DNA of 64,000 nt from Podarcis pityusensis (taxonomy: Eukaryota), in the NCBI GenBank assembly GCA_964106645.2, contig OZ067042.1; one strand, given 5' to 3'. The translations under genes and the position numbers were made by a program. Positions 36,706 through 49,349 of this stretch are shown in pieces. The notes below the pieces were generated by a model that saw only the letters and a list, made by a program, of their open reading frames with translations, was not told where the DNA came from and searched no databases. How positions within the stretch are numbered: the first letter of the stretch is position 1; the number at the start of each line of letters is the position of its first letter.

Positions 36706-39199
36706 CTATAACCTGAAGTAAGGAACCACATCCAGTAAAATGTCCAGTCACAACTCCTGACTAAGAGGTTGGCTGTGGTTGCCCATTAACCACAATGTAG
36801 GGATGATGTTTCCATGACATGAGCAAGGCATCTGCTCTGCCCTGGACTGCTTTTCAGCCATGTGGACAATGCACATAATTTATGTATTTTGTTTCTTTTA
36901 TCATAATGCAAAATCTATCTGTTTCTGTGTCAGGTTTTTCCTTGCCATTACACAAAAAGCTACTATTAAAAACGCTCAACCATTTCATTTATTTTTTTGC
37001 AACATTTTCAGCACCACTAAGGGTGCAACCCTGATCCCAGATCCACTGAATGGCTTAGGATGTGGTGGATCTTCAGCTCAGCTGGCTGGTTCCTGGTTCT
37101 GCTGAGCTACACCAGCGTAAGTCTCCAACCTTGGCTCAGCTGAAGACACACTGGCTTCAGTCCCTCATCCAGGCTTAGTTGGCTCAGCCAAGGACAGTGG
37201 ATCTTAAACTGATGCAAGCCCTGAAAAGGGGGCATTCCGGGGCAGTAGTGAGGGTGGGAACGCTGGGAGGGGGAGGCTTACACTGGATCCAAAGCCCATT
37301 CAGCTTGTCAGGTGACCTGGCAGCCCAGCATAAGTTCTGCCGGCAAAAGGAAAACCAACAGCGAGGGCCCAATCCTCAGAAATCAGGACCAGGCTTACCA
37401 GGCAGCTCCCCACACTCTGCTCAGAAAGAGCACTTGGGATGCTGCATCACTCCTGGCCAATCTCACAGCTGCAGCAGGATATAAACTATGGCTTAGTATG
37501 ATGCCCCAACAGGGCCAGTGAATTTCTATTGTCTTATATCTAAGACATTGAAAACCGGGGGGGGGGGGGGGGGGTTAAACTTGACCAGAAACAAAGACAT
37601 ATTCACATATTCAAGGCAGGGAAGCTTAGAGATGCAAGATCCAATTGTGGGAGTAAAAACTAAACATGGAATTGGATTCTTAAGACGGGGGGAGTGGTAT
37701 TAAAAATATTTCAAGATACTGCACAGAAAGGAGTACTTGTGTGGAGCTTAAATATAAGGATCCCTTCTCTTGAAAATAGGACTGTGAATTATCCGGAAAG
37801 GAGCAAGATCCTATCCTGCTAATTTCCCCATCCTGAATTACCACAACGATCACAAATTAATGTCAGCACAAAAATCACTGCCATGAAAACCTTACTTCAG
37901 CCAGCGTTGACCAACATAGCTGCAAAGGCAGCCAGTATATGGCAATCCCCAATCAGACTCTTGCAGCCTGCTGGAATTCCTCAAGCCGCTGGAAGAAATG
38001 CTGCCCAACAGCTGGTTTCTATCTTCCGTGCTTTGGCCCACGTCATGTCTCCGAAAGAATCTTTTGCAGTCTCAGTGAGATATATACCAGCAACATATCA
38101 GCAAGAATAACGGACTGAAAGCAAAACTGCAGAGCAATCAGGCGCTCCAATGAGCTGCTTGTAAATCTACTAAAACGTGGCATGTTTCCACAATAAACAC
38201 AGCGCAATCGCTCTTGCTCTCTTCCCACTTCATCTGTTGGGAGGCCAGCTCAGCTGTGAATGTGCCATCATAAAACAAACCTGAAGCAGATACTCCACCT
38301 ATTGGAGAAAATCTCTTCCTGCAGTCCAGCAATCTTTAAAGCAACTTTGGATGTTGCCCTGACTTTCTGTAAAGTCAGCAATTTTAAATGTGGTACAAGC
38401 ATGTTAGACCTGAACCCTCAAACTGTGGTTTGCTCTAGAACTGTTTCTACAATGCCAGTTTTCTTCCCATGGGGACCTTGAGCCCCTTTGGGAGAAAAGC
38501 AGCCCAGACAAAGCAACAACCAACAACAACAACTCTCTTGGGAATCAGAAGGGACCATCCTCTCACTGTAGCCCATCTACACAGGGCTTTATATGCCCCC
38601 CTTCTTTTATATTATCTTGGCAGCAACTATTGCACACCGCTCTGCTACTGTAATATCCTGAGGTTCGATTGTTTTGCAGAATTCTGCAAGAATAAAAGCA
38701 GGGGATCAGGAATCAACTCTTCATTCTCCTCCTATGCCTTGCAATGTTGACATTGAGCAGTTCTGTGTATGACCGGATTTTTCAAGGAAATTAGAGTATC
38801 CCTTATTTGCTGATCTAAAAATTGTGTGGAAACACTGGTAAGGTCCTTTATCTAATTATGAAAAAAACCCAAAATAAAATAAACCAGTGTGTTTTAAGGG
38901 CATAAGATCAACAGTGCGATCTTACGCACATTGGTTTGTAAGTATCACTGGATATAGAGGAACTTTCTTCCAAGTAAACACATGCAGGATCAGGCTGTAG
39001 AATAAAGGTTGTTTCCCCCCTTCCTTTTCCTTTTAAGGAGCTTTTAAAATTAACATGGATCTGGGCAAGAGGGCTAGTGAAATTTCACATAGACTGGTAG
39101 CATTAGTGGGCTTATTCGCAAGGCTGGCTTTGCTATATTTATCTAGATACAGTCATAGCTACATCCCACAAACTCTTACTCAGCCTAGCTTAGCTAGGC

Positions 39200-39410
39200 T
39201 AGAAAGTCAGTGTGATGTGGTGGCCAGAGTGTTGCACTTAAGACCAGGGAAACCAGGATTCCAATGTCTGCTCCCTTAACGCTCACTGGTTAGCCTTGGG
39301 GCAGCCACTTTCTTAGGCTTACCAACTGAACAAGACTGGTGTGAGGATGTATGATGTACGCCACCGTGAGCTCCTTGGAGGAAGGGCAGGACAATCATAA
39401 TTTTAAAAAC
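39200..39410 (+). mobile_element. Old MIR-like/CORE tRNA SINE with L2-like tail
   Basis: CAGTGTGATGTGGTGGCCAGAGTGTTG...CTCACTGGTTAGCCTTGGG...TGTGAGGAT...TGAGCTCCTTGGAGGAAGGGCAGG. Related fragments at 41295-41392 (+) and 52530-52695 (-). Confidence 0.65.
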
Positions 39411-39624
39411 TGTTACATTTAACAATTTGCTTTGCACACACTCCTGCCCCCTCCAATATATTCAGAAGCTCTAAAATGAGTTCTGCAATAGAAGTGTGAT
39501 GTGGAACAAAATACTGCAGCATAGAGTGCTTCTCTTCATAGTTCCTGCCAGTGATAACCTACAGAAGAGCTTTCCAAACATTTCATACTGGTGACACACT
39601 TTTATAGACATGTATCATTTTGCA

Positions 39625-39867
39625 CTCCTGCCAACCTAGCAGTTCGAAAGCACGTCAAAGAGCAAGTAGATAAATAGGTACCACTCTGGAAGGAAGGTAA
39701 ACGGCCTTTCTGTACGCTGCTCTGGTTTGCCAGAAGCGGCTTAGTCATGATGGCCACATGACCCGGAAGCTGTACACCGACTCCCTCAGGCAGTAAAGCG
39801 AGATGAGCACCGCAACCCCAGAGTCGGCCACAACTGGACCTAATGGTCGGGGTCCCTTTATATTTTT
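39625..39867 (+). mobile_element. Sauria SINE, 5'-truncated
   Basis: Starts at CTCCTGCCAACCTAGCAGTTCGAAAGCAC and ends GGGGTCCCTTTA. 12-bp TSD TATCATTTTGCA at 39613-39624 and 39868-39879. Confidence 0.95.
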
Positions 39868-40029
39868 TATCATTTTGCAACACAGTAATTCAGTTTTACT
39901 AGCAAACTGGAGGTTAAACGAACCCTTTTCCAGCCCCGGGAGGAGCGTGGAGAGCATTTGTGCAATACACCTACACACTGCAAAAGAAACTAATGTTTCA
40001 TGACACACAGTTTGGAAAGCTCTGATGGA

Positions 40030-40112
40030 CATGGACATCTTGTTGGCCACTATGAGAGCAGGATGCTGAACTAGATGGGCCACTGGCCTGATCCAGCAGA
40101 ATTATTCTTACG
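40030..40112 (+). mobile_element. CR1 3' tail fragment
   Basis: GTTGGCCACTATGAGAGCAGGATGCTGAACTAGATGGGCCACTGGCCTGATCCAGCAG; same tail as 9795-10190. Confidence 0.75.
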
Positions 40113-43100
40113 TACCTCTTCCAAGATACTCCATTCCATCTCTCCCATCCCCAGCAAGCCAGGGCTCTGTGCCCATCTCTATCTTCATTGGACTCTCTTC
40201 CAAATCCCCTCCTCTTCAGATTTTTTTGGTAAAGGTTTTTTGTTTTTTTTAACTGTGCACTTCTGCAAACTTTGGGCTCTTCCCAATCCAGTTGCTACCT
40301 CTACCCTGTGCATGGAAGGTGCCACTGTGGCTACATAAGGATCAACAGAGAATGAATTTGCTTAGTGTAGAGGATTCTTACTTTTCATTCACTGTACAAA
40401 TAACAGGTTACGACCAGATGTTGTGTCTGTCTATATTAAGGTTTACTACTCATTAATTTCTGGGCTCAACTGATGACTCAGCCACACTTTCATGTTTGTT
40501 ATTTTTAAAAACAGAAGACAAGATAGAATATAATTTAAAATGTCAGAAACCATTATGAATATCAAATACATTTTCTTATTAAAATGTCTTTTAACATGCA
40601 TAATAATAGAAAAACTGAGTTATGACAGAACAGTGTTTTCCCCTCCTGGATTAAATTAAAGAAAACAGATGGGTTTGCTGAGCTTCAGATAAAAAGAAAT
40701 TTATGGGTATGTGATGAGCATGAGGCAGACTGAACTTTGCAGACACTAATTCTCCAGCAGGCTCACCCAGAGCCTATCAATTCAAGATGATTTTTTCCTT
40801 CCTAAGGCCAACATGGTATAAATAACATCCAGAGAAGGCAACCTTTTTTCCTGACATACTAGTTTTCTATGACACCTCCCGCCTTGCATAGGGGGAACAG
40901 TCCAACACACAAACCTCCATCCTAGTCCAGCACAGCCTAATGTGAGACAGTCCAGCAAATGTTTTACCATTTGATGGTATAACCTGACACTAAGACACCA
41001 TGGCAGAAGTGGGGGGTTTTTGGTTCTCCAGATGTTGCTGAACTCTCATCATCCCTGGTCATTGGTCATGCTAGTAGGAGCTGATGGGAGTTGTAGTTCA
41101 GCAACTTCTAGAAGACCTTGAACTATAAGTTTATAACCAATTATTAGAACCCCAGTTTGTGTCAAGAGGAACAGGAGGCTTCATGGAGGAAGCCAGGCAT
41201 TTATCATGTGAAGTTGGTATGTCTACACCATCTTCTTCATCCCCAAGTCAACTGGAGCAAGGCTGGGTTTCATCTAACCTTTACTGATACAGATTAGACA
41301 GTGTGGTACAGTGGTTAGTGTGTTGTGACTAGGATTGCAAAGACCCGGGTTCAAACGAGCCCCAAAATTACTGGGTGACCTTGGATCAGTATATGGGTAA
41401 TCTAGGCATTCTTACTCGCACAGTTAGATGGGGCAGTGCTCACTGGCCCCTTCCCTTTCATCACATCCATGTCAATTTCCACACATTTGGGCAGAGGTTC
41501 TGAAGCGGGGAGCCTACTCTATTCCATGTGTTTGAGCAGAGTTCTAAATAACAAGGGGAGGAAACACTGGTAGAGCAGGCCTCCCTGTTTCAGGCTAGGG
41601 CTGTGAGATGTATTGATACAACTGGTCCAACACCAGTTTGTAGACCACATTGTAAGAACCATTTCAAAAATAATTGAGCTGGCAATGTATTGTGAAGCAC
41701 AGCCTTCAAAACTCCAGGGGGCAGTATAATTGCAAGCCCTCTGGGGACTAGCTGACTGCCCTCCCTTTCCCATCTGATGGCAGAACAGTCCCACTCCCAG
41801 CCTCGGCACCTCCCTGTGTCTCTATCAGATGCAGGAATTGTGGCTGGGCTGCTTCCTCTTTCTCCCTCTCTCTGCCTAGAGAGGAATGGAAGGAGTTCGC
41901 TCTCCAAATGTGAGGGCTCGCCTGCCTCTAAGAGGAGGAATCTGCAGTGCTCATAGCACATACCTATTAATCTCCATGACTGCTCCTTCGCCCGACTAGC
42001 AGGTGACTAGTACAGTCTTATTGCATGAGATGCCAGATCTGGCTTCAGTGTAGTCTGTGGATCAGGGTTCAAGAGACCACAAAGCAAACAATACTGGACA
42101 TTAGTACTTGTGGTGGAGGCAGATCTGCATCAGGGAAGACCAGCAAGTCAAATCATCATGATACTCAGAAAAGAGAACAGGCCTGCCTGGCAACATTTCA
42201 TATGCAGTTAGGCACTGTCATTGGGAGAGTTCCTTCTATATTCAATAAGCTTATTGCAGGTCTCGGTGGTCATCCTACAGAAGGAATGAGGAACATGTGG
42301 CCTTTTACATGTTGCTGGACTACAACTCCCATTATCCCTGACCATCGGCCATGCTGCTTGAGGGTAATGGGAATTGCCTCTGTGGCCAGAGGTTGGTGAT
42401 GGTGCACAGGTGGAATCCCACCTGACATTCTCAAGGTTCACACTCTGCTTCAGGCTCAGGTCCTAACACTGGGCCTTTTGAGGATCAGGTGGCTGTTATA
42501 TTCAAGAGGTGAGGAAAAACATTTCAGGCAGGCATTCCATATGCATAATGTGGGCTAGCTTTCAACCCCATGTCAAACATATGCACTGGACCACTAGAGC
42601 CTGAAGAAACACCAGTCCAGGATTCCTTATCTATCTTTCAGGTTCTCCGACTGGACTCTCTCACATCTGGCAACACTTGGCTCACAAGACAGCTCTCGGT
42701 TACCTTTTGAATGTGAAGGTATTTAACAGAGATGGTTGCAATTGTAAGATAAATGGGGAAAGGTGGGGCTGTAACACCTAATAAGATGACAGGTGGGAAA
42801 CATATTTAGAAGCATCTGCTAAATATTATGAGGAAAGATTTGTCTTTGCCAGATTTTCAGGGTCTGATGCAGACATTTTGAGTTGCAGATGTATGTATCG
42901 GCGTTGCAGCAGATCTCTGACCCACATAGGAGTTATGTACTTATAATGAGCTTTGGAAACGAGAGCCTTTGAGTAAACCATTATGGGTCTTCCATTCCGA
43001 ATTTTGGTTGAATCACTCATTATCGTTTTTTCAATTTTCTCCATCCACATGAATGGTTTGTTTTTTTAAGCCTGGTGCCCCTCCTAACTGCCTACATCTT

Positions 43101-43679
43101 ATTTGATCACGAATGCAGTGCAGCAGGCAGAAACTCACCAATCCTTATGCTTGAAGTCCTTTGGGGCACACCTCAATAGCACTGACTTGTAGAACTCTCA
43201 TCACACACATACACACATCCCAGGGATTCTGAAAGTGGCTTGAATAATGGTCTTCAACTGGTGGGTCCGAACCCACTAGTGAGTCATAACATGAGCACTA
43301 CCACTATGAAAATATATGGTAAACGATTCAGAAAGGGATCCCCAAATGTATGTTTGGGTGCAAAGTGGGTCCTGGGTCTGAAATGCTTGAAGACTACAGG
43401 TATAGTTTAACCTTTTCGCATCTGGTGCCCCCTAGATGTCACTGGACTCCAACTCTTGTTATTTCTGATTACTGGAATTAGAGCCCAAAACATCTGAAAG
43501 GCAGATTGAGGAAAGCTGATATAGTGGGTGTGATGGTTGTGTTGAAAAAGTAGAGTGAGTGGGTCAATCTGGTCATGCAAATTGGCCTTTATATCACTGC
43601 TTTTAAGCCTTAAAAAGAGAACAATGAAAAATGGAATGTATGGTATATAAGGAACTCTACATGTTGGGAGAAAAAGGAC

Positions 43680-43895
43680 AAGGGTTGATAGCTATTTTTA
43701 AGTCTGAATAACTGCTTAAAGGATAACAGCTTGAGGCAGGGTGAGGAATAATGAGTTGAGGTTGAAATGCAGCAGATGTAAGTTTGATATAATGGAAAAC
43801 CTCCTAAATGCAAGGATAATTGAACAGCCGATTGGATTACTCAGGAAAAGTTGTGGGGTCTTTCCATTAGGGACAGCTAGAAGATTTTAAGCAGG
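43680..43895 (+). mobile_element. Old CR1 (L3-like) 3' fragment
   Basis: Translates RNNELRLKCSRCKFDIMENLLNARIIEQPIGLLRK, a decayed form of CR1 'RSNGLKLQ.GRFRLDIRKNFLTVRVV..WNRLPREVV'. Confidence 0.6.
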
Positions 43896-44134
43896 AAAGG
43901 AGGCCGAGTTAGCAGACTTTCCACTCCAGCTATATCCCTGTAATTATTTTTCTTTGGACCAAAATAAAGGAAGCTTATAAAGTTCTCCCTATATTAAGTT
44001 CACCTCAGATTTGGGGGCTGCAAATTAACTTGTCTTGTTTGTGGTATGCCACTGATACCTTAGCAATCTGCTAGCCTTCCTTTCCCCCTTCAAAAATTGT
44101 TTAACAATACAGCAAAAAAACCTTCTCAAAATTA

Positions 44135-44302
44135 CCGTATTTTTTGCACCATAACACTCACTTTTTCCTCCTAAAAAGTAAGGGGAAATGTCTGTGCGTG
44201 TTATGGAGGGAATGCCTACGGGTGGCATGCCTACAGATTTTCCTCCTCTAAAAACTACATGCGTGTTATGGTCGGGTGTGTGTTATAGAGCAAAAAATAC
44301 GG
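44135..44302. mobile_element. Tc2/pogo-type MITE (CCGTA termini)
   Basis: Perfect 13-bp TIR CCGTATTTTTTGC / GCAAAAAATACGG flanked by TA, with internal TGCGTGTTATGG repeats. Confidence 0.9.
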
Positions 44303-45913
44303 TACATACTGTACATGCATGATGATCAGATACACACAAGAACTGTGCTTCATGTGATTCAGAGCCAGACCATGTATGTAAGAACCCTGCTCAGGAAAAG
44401 AAAAGGACCCTTAGCTCTGTTGTATGGAATGAACACATTCATTCCTCTCTAGAACAAGGCTTGAGTTGTGGGGAGCCCAGGGAGTTCTAATTATTATTAA
44501 TAAAGAAGAAAAATAAAAACCACATTCCATTCAATCGGTCTTTGTTTTCAATCCCTCTGACCACTTTCCTATGTTGCCTATCCTTCCGTTTTTTTATTTG
44601 TAGACTGCATTGAAGCCATTTGCCCTAGCCATAAGCCTCTTCCATTTCTTTGAGTCTTTCCCTGCCCCTGGCCCCAGCATCCAGGTTGCCAGTGTGCACT
44701 AGTGGTTATGTATGTTAATGAAACAGAGTACAAAAAATCATCTTGATGTGATGGTGCACACAAAGGCCTTGTGATTTTTGTGGGTGCGGGCTGTGTTTCC
44801 TCAATGCCCATAAGTATTTGCACACCTTAATAATACGCAGCAGCAGCAACAACAAGCATATGAACAGAAGGATCCTAAAAGCTGAGGCAAACTGTGCTTG
44901 GACCAGTTCTGAAACTAAATTTAGCAATTCTCCAAGTTGAAGAAAGGCAGAGCAGAAGCATGGGAGCACAGCTAACCCACAGGGCAGAAATGGGGTAAAG
45001 TCTGCCCATCCTTAATATTTTGATATACTTCCATTTGACAAGTACCGGTAAGTATGTAGACTGCATTGATTTCCATTTGATTTCTCCATTTGATTTCTAC
45101 TGACTTTTCCTTTATCCTTGTATACACCTTAAAATCAATCTCCAACCTTGCTAATACAAAAACTGTCATGCTTATCTTTAACTGAGTTCTCAGTCTAACA
45201 AGGAATGTTTATGCTTCACTTAAAGACAGGGACAGATCCAGGTAACGGCTAGATTTTATATTTTAAAAGTGGGAAGCGGAATGGCTGAGCCACTGTGTGT
45301 GTTTTGACTCTGCAGGTGCAGCCTGACACCTGCACAGATTCCAGTTGAGCCTGATTCAATTAAAGTTGCAATCCTGCATGCAAGTCTGTTATTTCCTCCT
45401 ATATTTCATATTACAATTGTGACATTTGGGCTACAACCATTTACCCTTTTTCTCCCCCTACCCCCACCACAAACCCATTTTGCTTAGCATCCAGACTGAT
45501 GGAATATTCTGGGGAACTGAAAAACTTTCTCACCATCCTAAAACAATATTTCATGGAATGCCCCAATCTGAGGACATAAATGTTGATCTTCAAATAATAC
45601 AAACTCTACTGATAACAGCAAAATTTTGTATGCCCAATTTTGGAAATGTAAAAATCCCCCAACAGTTATGGAATGGCTGCAGAAAACAGTCTTGCAGATA
45701 AAGCAAACAAACGACTAATTTGTTTTTTAAAATGTATCGAAAGATGGACCATGTTTATACAATTATAGAATGAAAAAGTAGCAGAGGATATAGCCCCTTA
45801 TAATTTATTTACAATAAACTAATTTTCTATCAGAGTGTATTATTTCTATCTGTTCTTTCCCTCTGTTCCCCATACAAACTTATGATTCACATTTTCTCTT
45901 CATTTTATTATTG

Positions 45914-46003
45914 TGTACCAATACTAAAATGAATAAAAATATATATATTTTTAAAAAATGTACCAATACTAAAATGAATATATATATATATATTTTTAAA
46001 AAA
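45914..46003 (+). repeat. 45-bp tandem duplication (2 copies)
   Basis: TGTACCAATACTAAAATGAATA...TATATATTTTTAAAAAA repeated at 45914-45958 and 45959-46003. Confidence 0.9.
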
Positions 46004-46186
46004 TGCTCAAAATGTTGTGGCCAACATTTGGCCCAAATAAAGTTCTTCGCTGAACTGTGGGTGATCTGCCCACCCCCTTTATGGACCCAACACAGCTTCC
46101 CTTGTTTATCTTCTGTCTGCCTCTCTGTGATGCAGATTTTTTAAAGGGCTGCTCACAAATGACAAGCAGTAGGAGGAATAAGAGAG

Positions 46187-46546
46187 AGACGCGGGTGGCG
46201 CTGTGGGTAAAACCTCAGTGCCTAGGACTTGCTGATCGTAAGGTCGGCGGTTCGAATCCCCACGGCGGGGTGAGCTCCCGTCATTCGGTCCCAGCTCCTG
46301 CCCACCTAGCAGTTCGAAAGCACCCTTAAGTGCAAGTAAATAGGTACCACTCCGGCGGGAAGGTAAACAGCATTTCCGTGTGCGGCACTGGTGCTGGCTC
46401 TCCAGTTGCAGCTTTGTCACGCTGGCCACGTGACCCGGAAGTGTCTTCGGACGGCGCCGGCTCCTGGCCTCTTGAGCGAGATGAGCACGCAACCCTAGAG
46501 TCGGTCACGACTGGCCCGTACGGGCAGGGGTACCTTTACCTTTTAC
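46187..46546 (+). mobile_element. Sauria SINE, full length, variant subfamily
   Basis: GACGCGGGTGGCGCTGTGGG..., B-box GGTTCGAATCC at 46249-46259, tail TACCTTTACCTTT. Its 3' half differs from the other copies. No clear TSD. Confidence 0.95.
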
Positions 46547-47359
46547 TCCTCCACCCCACCCCCCACACCCATGCTAGATTAAAAGTGCACCTTTCTGGAC
46601 CAGTTGCTGCTAGCCATGACTTCACGGTTAAAATGAAAAGAAGGTAAACCATGTAATGCATCATTTGACCTCATGGTGGAGATAGAGACCTAGAAGAACC
46701 CAATGTACAAACTAGTCCTGACAGACAAGCAGGGCATACGTAATTAGGGGCTCTTTCCCCAACCCCTCCCAATCAATGCCAGCCAAACCTTTTAGACAAT
46801 CTGTGTTGATTTCAAATTACATCAGACTACAACAAAGCAGAGATGTGCATGTTAGAGTGGCCACGTACCCAACATTACCGTTCTCTGATTGAAGGCATCC
46901 TCTATGTGAAGTGCTGTTCTGTCCCAAGTCTGGTTTAAAGATAAATAACCATAAGAAAGGAGAGCAGAAGCCTTGAACTTGCCTGTCAACATTTAGCTGC
47001 TGGACAGCAGCTGGTCACAGTGTTCTGCAGTCTGGTGAGGTGTGCTCTATGTCTATTCCTATTTGTACTTACATTTTGTGTCTGCACTTAAAAATCAGCA
47101 TGTGCTTATTTTATACAGATCTGTGCCCTTTCCCTCCCTCTTTTTTTTTGGCAATATGTAAGTGGTCTCTGTAGCACTGAACCACACACTCAAGTCAGCC
47201 TACAATGGCCTTTGAAGCAACAATGCCGCTAGATAGAAAATGGATGCTTGCAGCTGTCACCCCAAAAGCCAACGAAGGTTAATTTCATTTCACCACTCAT
47301 ATCTTCCTGGCCATGATATGAGATAGGCAGCAGTCAGTAAAGGTTACCTAAAAGAAGGA

Positions 47360-47432
47360 TGCCACCTCCTTCCATTCATTTCTTAAAATCCTTCCTCAAA
47401 ACCTCACGCTTTGCATGAAGCCTTTGGCACAA
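47360..47432 (+). mobile_element. Ancient L2 3'-end remnant
   Basis: AAATCCTTCCTCAAAACCTCACGCTTTGCATGAAGCCTTTGGC resembles the L2 'FKSLLKTHLFREAF' terminus. Confidence 0.35.
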
Positions 47433-47592
47433 CCCCCACGTTGTCCTACTGTAAGGAAGCCACATGCTACTGAAGTAATCATACATTCTTTTCTTGTTTA
47501 TCCACGGATGCCTCCAGACTGTATTTTGCAGGAGGGATTCCAGTGCATCCTGTAAATTTAGATTTGCGCTATTCAAGAAGATTACATTGTTC

Positions 47593-47791
47593 NNNNNNNN
47601 NNNNNNNNNNNNNNNNNNNNNNNNNNNNNNNNNNNNNNNNNNNNNNNNNNNNNNNNNNNNNNNNNNNNNNNNNNNNNNNNNNNNNNNNNNNNNNNNNNNN
47701 NNNNNNNNNNNNNNNNNNNNNNNNNNNNNNNNNNNNNNNNNNNNNNNNNNNNNNNNNNNNNNNNNNNNNNNNNNNNNNNNNNNNNNNNNNN
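47593..47791. other. Assembly gap (199 N)
   Basis: Run of N. Confidence 1.
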
Positions 47792-48749
47792 TGCAGTTAG
47801 GAAACTGACGAGGAAATGCACTGAAAAGTGTGGGATGGTAGAATGATGAATATGTATAAACACCCCTCAATGATATCAGAATGTGCGCTGGTTGTCATAT
47901 AACTAGCCTGCAAGTAAATCAGAACAAATGCTCCATAAAGAATGGCGGGAGGTGGAGAGAGATATATAACTTCCATGTAAGCTTTGTGAAAGCAATCCAT
48001 GGAGAATGCTCAATGTCTGGAGGAGTCTCCTGCCTCCCCTTTCCATATTGCTTCCCTGTGTCCAATTTTGGATGAGAAAATCCTTGGGGCAATACTCCGC
48101 TTGTACACTGTGATGTGCCATGCACATTGTTAGCATATATGTGGAAGGCCTTCCAGTTGTTAGCAGAGGTCCTCATTCTGCTCCTTGTCCTAATCTGTTT
48201 CCATGACTGCTAACCTCTGTCCCGCCCTGGGCACATGTACTATGAAATTCCCACACTTACCATCATTCTCTCCTGTCATCGCCACGTTGCAGTCCCTGAT
48301 GCACAGTCTGCATTGTGCAAGGAAAGTCAGATTTGGCAACCAGAATTTCCCCAAATTACATCTCTTATTATTCTTGCACAAGTCAAAGAACATTTTCAAA
48401 TGCACTAATTATAATTACTTACAGGCACTCTGGTTCTGAGAAATGTGATGCAGTACTATCTCCATAAACTGTAATCTGGAATAGGACCCATTGGTAGACC
48501 TACCAAGTGCTAGAGAGGCCTAGGAGGAAATTTCTAAGCGGTAAACATTCTGCTTTGGCTTTTCTTTCAGCCAAGTTTTCTGATATTCATCGGCACAGAA
48601 AGGTGAGTGCATCTGATGTTATAGTCTAGCGCTTAACAGTGATTGGTATCTGTGATGCTGTCGATTAACACTTGTCTCGCCTCCTTCGAAAAATGTTTCC
48701 TGGATTATCTTTTCCTCAGAAGAGGGTTATCTGGAGCACAAAGCAGTGA

Positions 48750-49349
48750 GTCACAACCACACCATACATTGAAAACACTCTTCTCCCTCTTCAGACTGCC
48801 ATGGCTTCCCCCAGAGAATCCCCAGAAACTGTAGTTTGTTAAGAGTGCTGAGTGTTGTTAAGAGACCCCTCACAGAGCTACAATTGCCAGTGCCCTTAAC
48901 AAACTACAGTTCCCAGAATTCTTTGGGGGGGGACCATGACTTTTACAGCAGTAGAAGGTAAAGGACCCCTGACCACTAGGTCCAGTCATGGCCGACTCTG
49001 GGGTTGCAGCGCTCATCTCGCTTTGTTGGCCGAGGGAGTCGGCGTACAGCTTCCGGGTATGGGGCCAGCATGACAAAGCCACATCTGGCGAACCAGAGCA
49101 GCGCACGGAAATGCCGTTTACCTTCCCGCTGGAGTGGTACCTATTTATCTACTTGCACTTTGAGGTGCTTTCGAACTGCTAGGTGGGCAGGAGCAGGGAC
49201 CGAGCAACGGGAGCTCACCCCGTAGCAGGGATTCGAACCGCCAACCTTCTGATCGGCAAGTCCTAGGCTCAGTGGTTTAACCCACAGCGCCACTTGTGTC
49301 CCACTTACAGCAGTAGAAGAATGCTTTAAATGTATGGTGTGGATGTGAC
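48750..49349. mobile_element. Foldback DNA element (same family as 29502), hosting a Sauria SINE
   Basis: TIRs GTCACAACCACACCATACATT / AATGTATGGTGTGGATGTGAC, with an internal inverted AACTGTAGTTTGTTAAG / CTTAACAAACTACAGTT. Confidence 0.8.
48958..49304 (-). mobile_element. Sauria SINE, full length
   Basis: Minus strand GGGACACAAGTGGCGCTGTGGGTTAAACC...GGTTCGAATCC...GGGGTCCTTTAC. 15-bp TSD TTACAGCAGTAGAAG at 48943-48957 and 49305-49319. Confidence 0.96.

Noticed and set aside
46195-46262. tRNA-like A/B boxes (also at about 3255, 18390, 21205 and 49230)
   Set aside because: These are SINE heads followed by SINE bodies, not stand-alone tRNA genes.
47376-47870. ORFs spanning the N run
   Set aside because: Artefacts of translating the assembly gap.
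48720-48751. Second plus-strand mini-exon (26 nt) after the 32-nt cassette
   Set aside because: Its GTGAGT donor overlaps the TIR of the foldback element, and the combined length does not restore frame.
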